DNA of 64,000 bases from the NCBI GenBank assembly GCA_963727805.1, contig CAVSHF010000005.1:224001-288000 (forward strand), given 5' to 3'. A model generated the notes under the pieces. That model did not search any database, was not told where the DNA came from, and worked only from the letters and a program-made list of their open reading frames with translations. Origin of the DNA: an uncultured Nitrospiraceae bacterium. GTDB lineage: Bacteria > Nitrospirota > Thermodesulfovibrionia > Thermodesulfovibrionales > Dissulfurispiraceae. The translations under genes were made by a program, and so were the position numbers. This document shows, in pieces, positions 39,006 through 49,092 of this stretch; the stretch's first letter is position 1, and each line of letters starts with the position of its first letter.

Positions 39006-40169
39006 TCAACCGGCGCGGAGTGCTTCTACGATATTCATGCGGGCGGCGCGTATGGCGGGGAGGAGGCCTCCTGCAAAACCCATTATCAGGGCGAACCCCA
39101 TTGCCTGAGCGGTGATCGGGATACTCAGGGTAAAAGAGAACGCAAGTTCCGAGAAGGTCTGGAAGTTCATCGTCGATATAGTGAAAAGCTGGAGAAATGA
39201 TGAAAAAAAGAGACCGAAGGCCCCTCCGAAAAAACCGAGCAAGAGCGATTCGAGCAGAAAGGCCGCCAAGATGCTCTTTCTCCGAAACCCTAGTGCCCTC
39301 AAAGTCCCTATCTCACTAACGCGGCTCGCAACCGCTGCATACATGGTAATCATCGCCCCGATAATCGCGCCAAGAGAGAATATAATCGTCAGCGATATGC
39401 CGAGAATTCTTAGAAACTTCGCCATCATTTCGGACTGTTTTTCATAATACCGCGTCTCCTTCATTGCATCGATAGTAAAACGGGGATCACTCTCGATGCG
39501 TTGTTTGAGAGCCGCGAACTCCGACGGATCCCGGAGCTTAAAGATGACCGAGGAATAGGACTGCCTGCGGAAAGCCGGCATAAGCTGATCGACATCTCCC
39601 CATATCTCGGAACTAAAACCGGTATTCCCCGCATCGAAAATGCCGACGACGGTCCAGTCCCTCATGCCGAATCTCAAGGTCTCCCCTATTCCTCCGCCTT
39701 TGAACCGCTTCGCGATGCTTAGTCCCGCCATGATCTCTGAAGACCCCGGCTTCGGCAAACGTCCCAGAACCATCCTCAGCTGCGGCCTCAGGAGGAGGGA
39801 ACTTTCCGAAGTCCCCCGTATAATTACATTTGATCCCTTGTCAGTCCCGCGTTTCGGAAGGACAATGACGACAACAACCTCCTTAGCAACCAGCGGCCGG
39901 CCATTCTCGTCTATTGCAACTTCAGGCTGTGTTTCGATGATGGATGCCTGCAGCCGGTCGACGCCGCTCTGTATCTCTGAGTCAGATCCCTTGCGGATGA
40001 CCACAACATTGTCGGGCGAACCGGTTGCTACAAGCGTCTTTTTGAGTCCCTCGGCCAGCATCAGGACGGCGGAAAAGACAAAGACAACGAGGGCCATGCC
40101 GCTGATAGTGAGGGCTGTCGTAAGACGGCGCGTCCAGAGGTTTTTCAGGTTGTAGGAAAAGGGGATCAC
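39006..40169 (-). CDS. FtsX/MacB-family ABC permease
   Basis: GTG start overlapping the upstream TAG; EIGTLRALGF. Confidence 0.92.
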   Translation of the reverse strand: MIPFSYNLKNLWTRRLTTALTISGMALVVFVFSAVLMLAEGLKKTLVATGSPDNVVVIRKGSDSEIQSGVDRLQASIIETQPEVAIDENGRPLVAKEVVVVIVLPKRGTDKGSNVIIRGTSESSLLLRPQLRMVLGRLPKPGSSEIMAGLSIAKRFKGGGIGETLRFGMRDWTVVGIFDAGNTGFSSEIWGDVDQLMPAFRRQSYSSVIFKLRDPSEFAALKQRIESDPRFTIDAMKETRYYEKQSEMMAKFLRILGISLTIIFSLGAIIGAMITMYAAVASRVSEIGTLRALGFRRKSILAAFLLESLLLGFFGGAFGLFFSSFLQLFTISTMNFQTFSELAFSFTLSIPITAQAMGFALIMGFAGGLLPAIRAARMNIVEALRAG

Positions 40170-41326
40170 TACCCGATCCTCCTCAGGCCATCGGCTATTC
40201 TGATCCTGATGGAACGCCAAGTCGGAAAGAAGCCCGCCACCGTGCCAACGACCAGGGCAGCGGCGATGTCCATATAGATGGTCTCAGGAGCGACATTAAA
40301 GATCGGGAAAAAGGTGCTCAGCTCTTCACCAAAGGCCTTTGCAGCGGGGAAAGTGAGGGCGATACCAAAGGCGCAGCCGATCATACTGATGATAAGCGAT
40401 TCTCCGAAGATAAGGACGGCAATATAACTGCCGCCAAACCCGAGGGTTTTGAATATCGCATATTCGCCGATCCGTTCGCGTGCCGTCATCGCCATAGTAT
40501 TTGCCATTACCGCCATTATGATGATGATCACCACAAAAGATACGAGTTGTATCGCGGTGACTATCGCCTGGCTCATCGCGATCCAGCCCATCTGGAATGC
40601 CTTTTCGGTCTCTGTCAGGGTTTCAGCGATCGAGTTTCTGAACGTTTTGTCGATGTTGAGTACCACTTCGGCTGCAATATCAGGTTTTGTCACCCCGATC
40701 ATGTAAAAGCCTATCTGGTCAGCCCGCATCGGCGAAGTCTTTTTCATCTTTTCGTTCAGGTAATCCCAGTGGAAGAAGAATGTCGTCTCGTCGACCGTCT
40801 TGTCCCGTCCCTTATAGACACCCCTCATTACGAAATCCCACTGTCCCGGGAATATTGTGCCCCTCAAAGTTACCGTATCCCCTAATTTCCAGCCGAATCT
40901 TTCGGCCAGCTTCCGGCCTGCCACGAATCCCTTTCGGTCCCTGAAAAAGGAGGCTTTTTGATCAGGGGGAAGAATGAGTTCCGGGTATAGTTCGAGGTAA
41001 CTTGTCGGATCGACCGCGAAATTCGCGAAGAAATTCTTCTCATCAATATAGATGCCGCCGAACCAGTTTCCCCACGAGACAATTTTTACCCCTTCTATCT
41101 GGCGTATCCTGTCCTTGTAAGAAAGGGGGAGGGTGAAAATAATCGAGATGGCATTTCTCGTGACGAGGCGGCTCGATGAGGATGCCTCGACACCGGCGTA
41201 CCACGCGCTGATGACGGTCCTCAGCAATCCGAACGCGAGTATGGCGATGGTGATGCCAAGAATGGTAAGCCAGGTCCGCAGCTTATGGCGGAAGGCGTTT
41301 TTGAAGATGAGCTTAAGAATGTACAT
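40169..41326 (-). CDS. FtsX/MacB-family ABC permease
   Basis: KNAFRHKLRT, ARERIGEYAIFKTLGF. Confidence 0.92.
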   Translation of the reverse strand: MYILKLIFKNAFRHKLRTWLTILGITIAILAFGLLRTVISAWYAGVEASSSSRLVTRNAISIIFTLPLSYKDRIRQIEGVKIVSWGNWFGGIYIDEKNFFANFAVDPTSYLELYPELILPPDQKASFFRDRKGFVAGRKLAERFGWKLGDTVTLRGTIFPGQWDFVMRGVYKGRDKTVDETTFFFHWDYLNEKMKKTSPMRADQIGFYMIGVTKPDIAAEVVLNIDKTFRNSIAETLTETEKAFQMGWIAMSQAIVTAIQLVSFVVIIIIMAVMANTMAMTARERIGEYAIFKTLGFGGSYIAVLIFGESLIISMIGCAFGIALTFPAAKAFGEELSTFFPIFNVAPETIYMDIAAALVVGTVAGFFPTWRSIRIRIADGLRRIG

Positions 41327-42026
41327 CGATGAAGACACCTTTATCGAGTTGCTTGATGATACGTGCCTTTTCAGCAGCCCTGGCGTCATGCGTTACCATG
41401 ATGATGGTCTTGCCGATCTCCCTGTTCAGCCGCCCCATCAGGTCGAGTATCTCGGCAGCCGAAGCGCGGTCAAGATCACCTGTGGGCTCATCTGCAACGA
41501 GGATTGTGGGGTCAGTGATAACCGCGCGGGCGATCGCAACGCGTTGCTGCTGCCCTCCGGATAGCTGTCCCGGGTAATGGTCCATGCGGTCCGAGAGGTT
41601 GACTATACTGAGAGCCATTTCGACGTGATCCCGTCGCTCCTTCCTCGAAAGCTTCGTCAGGAGCAGTGGCAGTTCGACATTGCCAAATGCGGTGAGCACG
41701 GGAATAAGGTTGTAGAACTGGAATATGAATCCGACATTGACGGCCCGCCAACGGGCCAGGTCCGTCTCTGAAAGGACAGTGATATCGACGCCGCCAATGG
41801 TAATAGACCCGCTGTCGACACTGTCGATTCCGGCAAGGAGGTTAAGCAGCGTGCTCTTGCCCGACCCTGAGGGCCCCATGAGGGCGAGGAACTCCCCTTC
41901 TGCAATGTCGAAGGAGATATTCTCCAGAACCGGGACAATCTGGCTGCCACGGCGGTAGGACTTGCTCACGTTCTTTATCTCGACGATGGCACGCCGTGCT
42001 TTCTCCGGCATGACTGTGTCCCTCAT
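41313..42026 (-). CDS. ABC ATPase (MacB/LolD-like)
   Basis: GPSGSGKS, LSGGQQQRVAIARA, DEPTGDLD; exact start uncertain. Confidence 0.95.
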   Translation of the reverse strand: MRDTVMPEKARRAIVEIKNVSKSYRRGSQIVPVLENISFDIAEGEFLALMGPSGSGKSTLLNLLAGIDSVDSGSITIGGVDITVLSETDLARWRAVNVGFIFQFYNLIPVLTAFGNVELPLLLTKLSRKERRDHVEMALSIVNLSDRMDHYPGQLSGGQQQRVAIARAVITDPTILVADEPTGDLDRASAAEILDLMGRLNREIGKTIIMVTHDARAAEKARIIKQLDKGVFIDVHS

Positions 42027-43246
42027 CACTTCTCTTCGGTTTGAATCTTCGACCCGTTATGGAGTTTAGCGGAGGGACTCAGGACAATCTTGTCCCCCGC
42101 TTTCGCGCCTTGCAAGATCTCAACCATATCCCCCATCTGTTTCCCTGTTGTGACGTTGACTTCTTTCACCCTGCCACCCTCAACTAAAAAAATCCTCTTC
42201 ACTCCGTCCTTCGTAATCAGTGCTGTCTGATTGATTGCGGTAAATGATTTCATTTCTTCAGTTGCGACCTCCCGCGAGAGAAAAGCGACTTTTGCGCTCA
42301 TCTCGGGAAGGATACGACTATCTCTATCGACAAAGCGTACCTTTACCATGACTGTCGCTTTTGACCGGTCCGCTGTCGGTACGATCATATGTACCTGCCC
42401 GCGAAAACGCGCATCGGGGAGTGCGTCAAGCTGGATTTCGCAGGGCTGTCCTGGCGTTACGTTCCTTATGTTCGATTCCGAAACGTCAACCTCTACGATA
42501 AGCGAATCCATGTCTGCCACCGTTACAACTGCAGACTGGACATTAGCGGTTGCGCCAATCGGCGTAACAATATCGCCGATGTCGGCGTTTTTGGTGAGCA
42601 CGACGGCATCAAACGGGGAGCGAAGAATAGTGTAATCTATCGATACCTCTGCGCCCTTAAGAGCAGAGGCGCTCGCTTTCACTGAGGATTCCGCAGCCGC
42701 GACGGCGGCCTTTGCGTTTTTATAGCGCGCATCAGAAGTATCGAAGTCGGCTTGTGCAATATAGCCCTTTTTTACCAACTGCTGATTTCTGTCGAACGCA
42801 AGCGTTGCATCCTGAAGGTTTGCTCTGGCGCTCTCGAGATTTGAGCGGGCCATACTCAGATTGGCTGTGGCCTGGTCCCTGAGAGACTTTACATCATCAC
42901 TTTCAAGGCGGGCAATAATATCATCCTTCTTTACCCGGCTTCCCTCCTCGACATTCAATTCGATGATGCGACCTGTGATCTTCGACGCAAGGGCTGCCTT
43001 TCGCTCGGCGACCACATAGCCGCTTGCGTTAAGAAGCGTAAAGGTCTGTGAAGGATAGGTTTGAGAGACAGAGGCGATCTGCACCTTGATTGCCGGGCTC
43101 AGGGCCCCGGTAAAAAAGAGAACCCCAATAAATACCACAATAGCAGTGGCGGCAACACCATAGATAATTTTTTTCCTGTTCTTCGCAGGCCCTTGAATAA
43201 CGGCTGATTTATCAATCTTTAATTTCGACAGATCTTCATTACTCAT
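42026..43246 (-). CDS. Efflux periplasmic adaptor (MFP/HlyD family)
   Basis: TM anchor, LNASGYV, VEEGSRV, alpha-hairpin, RSPFDAVV, PEMSAKV. Confidence 0.93.
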   Translation of the reverse strand: MSNEDLSKLKIDKSAVIQGPAKNRKKIIYGVAATAIVVFIGVLFFTGALSPAIKVQIASVSQTYPSQTFTLLNASGYVVAERKAALASKITGRIIELNVEEGSRVKKDDIIARLESDDVKSLRDQATANLSMARSNLESARANLQDATLAFDRNQQLVKKGYIAQADFDTSDARYKNAKAAVAAAESSVKASASALKGAEVSIDYTILRSPFDAVVLTKNADIGDIVTPIGATANVQSAVVTVADMDSLIVEVDVSESNIRNVTPGQPCEIQLDALPDARFRGQVHMIVPTADRSKATVMVKVRFVDRDSRILPEMSAKVAFLSREVATEEMKSFTAINQTALITKDGVKRIFLVEGGRVKEVNVTTGKQMGDMVEILQGAKAGDKIVLSPSAKLHNGSKIQTEEK

Positions 43247-43331
43247 TAAATACCTCATAAGGAATACCGGTGGTTGCAATATCGATAATTATAGCAGATT
43301 AGTGATTCAGCATTAAATAATAAGGTACTAT

Positions 43332-44012
43332 ATGATCGTGGATATTGTCAGATTTGCATTGATCCGGCCGGAATTAAGAGGATTATGGGATGGTCCTGCG
43401 TGGATGCATGCCGATATGCTGGAGCTTGCCCATTTCAGGCCGGAAGGCAGCAGGCATCGTCCAAAGACTTCCGTCAAACTTCTCTATACTGCTGAAGGTA
43501 TCTTCGGAATATTTCGTGTCGAGGACCGTTATGTACGATGCATGCACACGCGATATGGCGATCCTGTTTATAAGGACAGCTGTGTCGAATTCTTCGTCAG
43601 ACCAAAAGCGAACAAAGGATATTTCAACTTCGAATTCAACTGCGGTGGGGCATTCTTATGCGATTATATTACAAACCCTGAGAGGACCCCGGATGGTTTC
43701 AGGGAATTCGTCCCGATTCTGGAAGAGGAGGGAAGACACATCATCTTACACCATTCATTGCCCAGAGTTGTTGATCCTGAAATCAGAGACGCCATCACGT
43801 GGACACTGGAATTTTTTATCCCCATTGTTCTGCTCGAGAAATATGTCGGCGACATCGGCAATGTTGGTGGCAGCGAGTGGAAGGTGAACTTCTATAAATG
43901 TGGTGATGAAACTTCCCATCCGCACTGGGCCTCCTGGCAGCCTGTCCCAAGGCTCAACTTCCATATGCCGGAGTGCTTTGGGATAATCAGATTCGCACAG
44001 CGTGAGATTTAA
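43332..44012 (+). CDS. Carbohydrate-binding family 9-like (DOMON-like) protein
   Basis: VYKDSCVEFF, YFNFEFN, WTLEFFIP, NFYKCGD...PHW, NFHMPECFG. Confidence 0.85.
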   Translation: MIVDIVRFALIRPELRGLWDGPAWMHADMLELAHFRPEGSRHRPKTSVKLLYTAEGIFGIFRVEDRYVRCMHTRYGDPVYKDSCVEFFVRPKANKGYFNFEFNCGGAFLCDYITNPERTPDGFREFVPILEEEGRHIILHHSLPRVVDPEIRDAITWTLEFFIPIVLLEKYVGDIGNVGGSEWKVNFYKCGDETSHPHWASWQPVPRLNFHMPECFGIIRFAQREI

Positions 44013-44355
44013 TCGGACTGACTGAAACACGTTAACAGGATCATTCGGGGCCACCAAACCACACAGTTGCCAACTGGATCAAATTGTTCTTGATCAGCTA
44101 GATGTATGTTATGCCAGCCTACCTGCCCATATCTTGTCGCTTTATGAAGCCATCCTCCCAAAAGGAGTTAAGGACTTTTCCCGGCATACACACGGTTAAG
44201 AGCCGGTTGCGTTACTTTTGCGAACCACCCATCCGAAGCCGACTACTCCGAGAAATCTTTCTCTCCGGAATGAGAAAATTCAATTCTTTTTTGGATGCCC
44301 GATCAGTCGAGTAATGACCGTTTATACACCTCTTTTCTGCAATATCACGTTGGAG

Positions 44356-45477
44356 TCACTCAAAGATTGCATAGCGCTTTATTTTTTCGAGCCTCTTCCC
44401 TTTTACTCCCACGTCTTCAAGCCGGTTGATTGTGCTCTCTCTTCGCATCCTGATTATCCTTTTTACAGTGTCGGGACCTAGACCAGGGACTCTCAGCAGG
44501 GTCTCCTTCTCAGCCTTGTTAATCCGGACGGGGAAAAACTCGGGATGGAACTCGGCCCACAGTTCTTTGGGGTCCTTATCAAGGCTGAGATTACCGGTCT
44601 TATCGAGTAGGATATCTTCGGTATTGAACCCGTAGCGACGCATCAGGAAATCCACCTGGTACAGGCGGTGTTCACGCATAAATCGTTCCCCGGGGCTTGT
44701 GAGAAACTGTTTTTCGCCGTGTATGTCGGGATTCCCGAGACCTTTCTGATAAGCGGAGAAATAGATCCTCTTGAAATTGAGACTATTGTAAAGTGACGAC
44801 ATCGATTGCACGATCTCGCTATCGGTTTCATCAGATGCGCCGACAATGAATTGTGTGGTGCATTTCACCCGTGAAAACTTCATACCCCTGCCGGATAGCC
44901 TGCCCATCAGCTTGATCGGTCTGATGATATCTTTATCGTAGTCCTTTTTCTCAGAGAGCGCAGTGCAGTGTTTCTTGCCCGGCGTCTCGATATTTAGAGA
45001 GACAGCACTTGCGAGTGAAAGGGTCTCCTCGATTGCCGCATCGGATGCACCGGGAATGATCTTCAGGTGAATGTAGCCTCTGAACTGGTGCTTATTTCTC
45101 AGAATGCGGGCTACGGTATTTATTCTTTCCATGGTGTAATCAGGGGTCCCGATCACCCCGGAACTCAGGAAGAGACCGAAAACCCTTTCCCCTTTCAGAT
45201 ACTCCATGAATATGCGGGCGACTTCTTCAGGTTGGAGCGTGCAGCGCCGCAAGTCAGTATCGGAGCGTAAAGGGCAGTATAAACAATCGTTGGCACATGC
45301 ATTTGAAAGCAGTGTCTTAAGGAGGACGGAATGGCCTCCTTGCGGAAGGCTGACAGGATACAGCCACTTGTCATCCGCACCTCTTTTTCTTCGGTCATCA
45401 TTGCCGGTGCCACAGGCGCAGGCCAGATCATACTGGGAAGCCTGGGACAAAACTTTGAGTTTTTCGATGATATCCAT
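44356..45477 (-). CDS. Putative DNA modification/repair radical SAM protein with HhH domain
   Basis: CANDCLYC, GLFLSSG, GYIHLKIIPGA, REHRLYQVDFL, LLRVPGLGP. Confidence 0.9.
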   Translation of the reverse strand: MDIIEKLKVLSQASQYDLACACGTGNDDRRKRGADDKWLYPVSLPQGGHSVLLKTLLSNACANDCLYCPLRSDTDLRRCTLQPEEVARIFMEYLKGERVFGLFLSSGVIGTPDYTMERINTVARILRNKHQFRGYIHLKIIPGASDAAIEETLSLASAVSLNIETPGKKHCTALSEKKDYDKDIIRPIKLMGRLSGRGMKFSRVKCTTQFIVGASDETDSEIVQSMSSLYNSLNFKRIYFSAYQKGLGNPDIHGEKQFLTSPGERFMREHRLYQVDFLMRRYGFNTEDILLDKTGNLSLDKDPKELWAEFHPEFFPVRINKAEKETLLRVPGLGPDTVKRIIRMRRESTINRLEDVGVKGKRLEKIKRYAIFE

Positions 45478-45668
45478 GAGTGATCTCTTTCAGCATTATA
45501 TCACAGAATTGAGCTTGCAAAAATGATCCACATTGTTTTGAGTTTTGCCTGTTCATTGTTATATTTGACTTAAGAAACGAATTTATCACTGATCGGTTTG
45601 GCCGATTGTTGGTGAATGTGGTAGCGCAGCCTGAGAAATGAAAAATCCCTATCATGCGGAGGAATGTT

Positions 45669-45848
45669 ATGAAGATCGAGCTTGACGGCACATTATTGAC
45701 AATGACCCCTGAGAATGACCGAGAGAAGAAAGAACTCAATCAATTATGGACCATTATCATCGGATGCATTAACGAGGGGAAGAAACTGGTACCTGTCGGC
45801 CAGTATTTGCCGGGCGTCAAGGAAGTTGCAACGTTCAATATAGAGTAA
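45669..45848 (+). CDS. Small hypothetical protein
   Basis: GGAGG RBS, 59 codons, KKLVPVGQYLP; followed by a strong hairpin. Confidence 0.7.
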   Translation: MKIELDGTLLTMTPENDREKKELNQLWTIIIGCINEGKKLVPVGQYLPGVKEVATFNIE

Positions 45849-45860
45849 TATTTGTCACGA

Positions 45861-45899
45861 TTCCAACATAAGCGGGCTGAATGCCCGCTTATGTTGGAA
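45861..45899. terminator. Perfect 17-bp inverted repeat between convergent genes
   Basis: TTCCAACATAAGCGGGC-tgaat-GCCCGCTTATGTTGGAA. Confidence 0.65.
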
Positions 45900-46028
45900 A
45901 GGCTTCGGAGCGCAACGGATATACTCATTCTTCTGATGTACTGGTCAACAAGATTGAACAACTAGGCTTGTGGTCATTTCCCACAGTAATATTCAATATA
46001 CCACCCTGTGGATTATTTGCGGAGCTAT

Positions 46029-46298
46029 TTATTGTTTCGCGATATCGGCTACTTCGTGGGCTGATTGGGAACACTGCTTCAGAAGGATATCTGTTACAGT
46101 CTTAAATTCGAACACACTTTTGCCCCTAAGGGCGTTGGCCACAACCCCAAGCTTAGCAAAAGGTTTGGCATAGGGGGTATCTGAAAAATCTTCGCACATT
46201 CTGACGATGGTATCGCAAATCATGGCAACATCTGTGTAAGGTGGATTGTGCAGAATTCCGGCGATGTCACGAATCGTCTTAAGCGGTGGTTTTTTCAT
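46029..46298 (-). CDS. Hypothetical protein
   Basis: AGAGGG RBS, 89 codons, no recognised motif. Confidence 0.55.
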   Translation of the reverse strand: MKKPPLKTIRDIAGILHNPPYTDVAMICDTIVRMCEDFSDTPYAKPFAKLGVVANALRGKSVFEFKTVTDILLKQCSQSAHEVADIAKQ

Positions 46299-46380
46299 GA
46301 GCCGGTTCCCTCTTTAAGCCTTGATTTCTCTTCTAGAATAGCAGGTACAACAGAGATTTTAAAAGGACATTCGTGCGCAG

Positions 46381-47238
46381 TTAATAAAAATCTTTAAAGA
46401 CAGCTTCCATCTTCGACATATCGACAGACTGTTTCTGTTTGACTAGAGGCAGCTCTTTAATCAGGGGGACCCTCTCATCGAAGGTCAGGCGAGAATTCCT
46501 ATAAATAATGCCAAGAGGTATGCGGTCTCCCCATTCCAGTGCCTTTTGGAACGCGCCGATCCTGTGCTCAGGATTGTAATCGGCTCCAACATGATATACC
46601 CGCTGTTTATACCATTCATATGTATTCACTTTATTAAAGCTTACACAGGGCTGGAATATATCGACTAACGAAAAGCCTTTATGAAGTATCGCCGCCTTGA
46701 TCATTGCTTTCAGATGCACCATGTCCCCTGAGAATGTACGCGCCACGAAGCTGCAATCCATTGCAACGGCAAGAGCCATGGGATTGAGGCTTTCGGAGAG
46801 AACGCCATATGGGAGGTTTTTGGGAGAAGTACCCTCGAGACTCGTGGGCGATGCCTGTCCCTTCGTAAGGCCGTAGATCTGGTTATCGTGGACGAAGAGT
46901 TTTACGTTGATGTTTCTTCTCATGGCGTGAAGCAGATGGTTGCCTCCTTCGCCGTAACAGTCCCCGTCGCCAGCAACAGCAATGACGATCTGTCCGCTGT
47001 TGACAAGTTTCAACGCCGTTGCGACAGGGAGCGTTCTGCCGTGAAGGCCGTTAAAAGTATTGCACTTCAGGTAGTGAGGAAACTTTCCTGCCTGGCCAAT
47101 TCCCGAGACAATCGTAAACTGGTGAGGTTCAAGCCCAAGTTCCACGACCGCCTCCTTGAAAGTCTTCAGAATGCTGAAGTTACCGCATCCCGGGCACCAT
47201 GCTGGCGTCCGACCTTTATAGTCTTCCAAAGAAGCCAT
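46381..47238 (-). CDS. 2-oxoacid:ferredoxin oxidoreductase beta subunit
   Basis: WCPGCG, LHGR, GDGD, DNQIYGLTKGQASPT, QPC. Confidence 0.96.
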   Translation of the reverse strand: MASLEDYKGRTPAWCPGCGNFSILKTFKEAVVELGLEPHQFTIVSGIGQAGKFPHYLKCNTFNGLHGRTLPVATALKLVNSGQIVIAVAGDGDCYGEGGNHLLHAMRRNINVKLFVHDNQIYGLTKGQASPTSLEGTSPKNLPYGVLSESLNPMALAVAMDCSFVARTFSGDMVHLKAMIKAAILHKGFSLVDIFQPCVSFNKVNTYEWYKQRVYHVGADYNPEHRIGAFQKALEWGDRIPLGIIYRNSRLTFDERVPLIKELPLVKQKQSVDMSKMEAVFKDFY

Positions 47239-48940
47239 TGATCTCTCCTATAAGTTCTTCGAGAATGAAGGGCCTGCCATCGAAGCGGTTCAGCAGCCTG
47301 TTGAAGGCATACCCTGTTTCGGACTTCATCAGTCGGGCAAACTGGCCCGTGGCATTGTTTTCGAAGCATATGGTGAGTGACGCGTTGTTGAGGATCTCCA
47401 GATAGTTCAATTTTGCCGTGGATGGCAAGGGATAGATCTCGCTGAAATGGAGCATTGCAATGTTGTGGTCTCGGGCGAGCGAATCCACCACCTCTTTCAT
47501 CAGCCCATATGACGAACCCCATCCTGCGAGGACGATTTCCGGTCTTTCGCTTCCGTAAAGCAGGGGGGGCGCAATCTCCTTTCTGATCAGCGGCATCTTC
47601 CTGAACAATCTTTTGTCAACCATATTATTGCGTGTTTCAACGTCGTCTACGATATGCCCTTCCTCATCATGTTCGTCGCTGTCAGCGACGACGACATGCC
47701 GTGAATCGCCTGGCACACCTAAAGGAGAGACCCCAGTGTCCGTAAAGGCATAGCGCCGGTATTCCGGAAGACTCGAAAACGCCTGCCCTCGCAGCCTGTA
47801 GTCGTGATAGACGGTCTTCCGAAGATCGAAGCCATCGAAAGTCCACTGAGAATCACTCAGATATTGGTCGAAAAGTATAATAACTGGCACCTGGTATTTC
47901 TCGGCGAGATCGAATGCCTTGTTGGTTAAGTAAAAGGCCTGTTCAGGGGTGCCGGGGGCGAGGATCACCCGCGGGAATTCTCCATGGGCGGTATAGAGAG
48001 CGAACTGAAGATCTCCCTGGTCTGTCCGCGTAGGTAAGCCTGTTGCCGGAGCGGGCCTCTGTCCCAAAGCGATTACAATGGGGGTTTCAGTCATTGCTGC
48101 AAGTGAGAGCCCTTCAACCATCAGTGCAAACCCTCCGCCGGCTGTTCCGGTCATGGCCCTGACGCCGCCGAACGAGGCGCCGAGTGCCATATTGATTGCT
48201 GCTATCTCGTCTTCGGCCTGCTCTACAATAATACCGAATTCCTCGGCCCGGGAGGAAATATAGTTCATGATCCCAGTGGAAGGAGTCATAGGATAGGCGG
48301 CATAGAATTTCACTCCTGAGGCAATCGCTCCCAAGGCTATCGCCTCGGTACCACCGATAAGCATCTTCGGTCGCGATAACGGAGAGGCGGTCAATGAGTA
48401 GCTCGCGCAATTCTTGGTCGCATAAGCGTGACCAGCTGCTGCTGCATCTATATTCGATTTAATTATGCCCTCGCCCTTCTTTTTAAATGCCTCCCTTATG
48501 ACCGTGAAAAGATTTTCAATATCCATCCCGATGATACCGATGGCGGCACCAGTGGCGACAGTATTTTCTACAAGCACACTGCCGGTGTGTTCAAGAGCGA
48601 GGTGTGCAAAAGGAATATCCAGGAATTGGGGACCATCATGTTTTTCCTTCAATGTCTCCGAATCATAAACGATTCGTCCCCCTTCGGCAACTTCTGTCGC
48701 ATGGCGGCTGATCGTTTCTTTATCGAGGGCTATGACGATGTCCATTCTCTCCCTTGACGACATGACCGGTCGATCTGAAAATCGAAGTTGATAAAAGTTG
48801 TGGCCACCCCGAATACGGGATTCATAATCCTGATGGGAAAAGACATAGTAGCCAGATCTGGCCAATACCCTTGTCAGAGCATCGCCGATAGTTTGCATAC
48901 CCTGGCCTGCAGCCCCGCCGATTTTTATTGAATAATCCAG
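47216..48940 (-). CDS. 2-oxoacid:ferredoxin oxidoreductase alpha subunit (probable CTG start)
   Basis: Frame extends to (L)DYSIKIGGAAGQG; SRIRGGHN, YPMTPST, QAEDEIAA, GLPTRT. Confidence 0.95.
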   Translation of the reverse strand: MDYSIKIGGAAGQGMQTIGDALTRVLARSGYYVFSHQDYESRIRGGHNFYQLRFSDRPVMSSRERMDIVIALDKETISRHATEVAEGGRIVYDSETLKEKHDGPQFLDIPFAHLALEHTGSVLVENTVATGAAIGIIGMDIENLFTVIREAFKKKGEGIIKSNIDAAAAGHAYATKNCASYSLTASPLSRPKMLIGGTEAIALGAIASGVKFYAAYPMTPSTGIMNYISSRAEEFGIIVEQAEDEIAAINMALGASFGGVRAMTGTAGGGFALMVEGLSLAAMTETPIVIALGQRPAPATGLPTRTDQGDLQFALYTAHGEFPRVILAPGTPEQAFYLTNKAFDLAEKYQVPVIILFDQYLSDSQWTFDGFDLRKTVYHDYRLRGQAFSSLPEYRRYAFTDTGVSPLGVPGDSRHVVVADSDEHDEEGHIVDDVETRNNMVDKRLFRKMPLIRKEIAPPLLYGSERPEIVLAGWGSSYGLMKEVVDSLARDHNIAMLHFSEIYPLPSTAKLNYLEILNNASLTICFENNATGQFARLMKSETGYAFNRLLNRFDGRPFILEELIGEINGFFGRL

Positions 48941-49092
48941 GAGATTGTCATCCCTTTCGTTAGTGCCATGAGAGTCTCAAGATAAATATAGTCATAAAAA
49001 AATGTCAACGCAAGAGCAGAATTTAGCTTATGTGAAAGGAGATTTGAGGGCGCCTGTCTGAGCCTTTACTTTCGCGGAAAAAGTGTGAACTA

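Noticed and set aside
44013..44355. Possible gene remnant downstream of the radical SAM gene
   Set aside because: Translations contain stops and no motif I could recognise with confidence
45861..45899. Palindrome arms (AACATAA/TTATGTT) as a dif-like Xer site
   Set aside because: The spacer is far longer than the 6-bp dif core and is itself palindromic; a terminator-type hairpin between convergent genes is the simpler explanation
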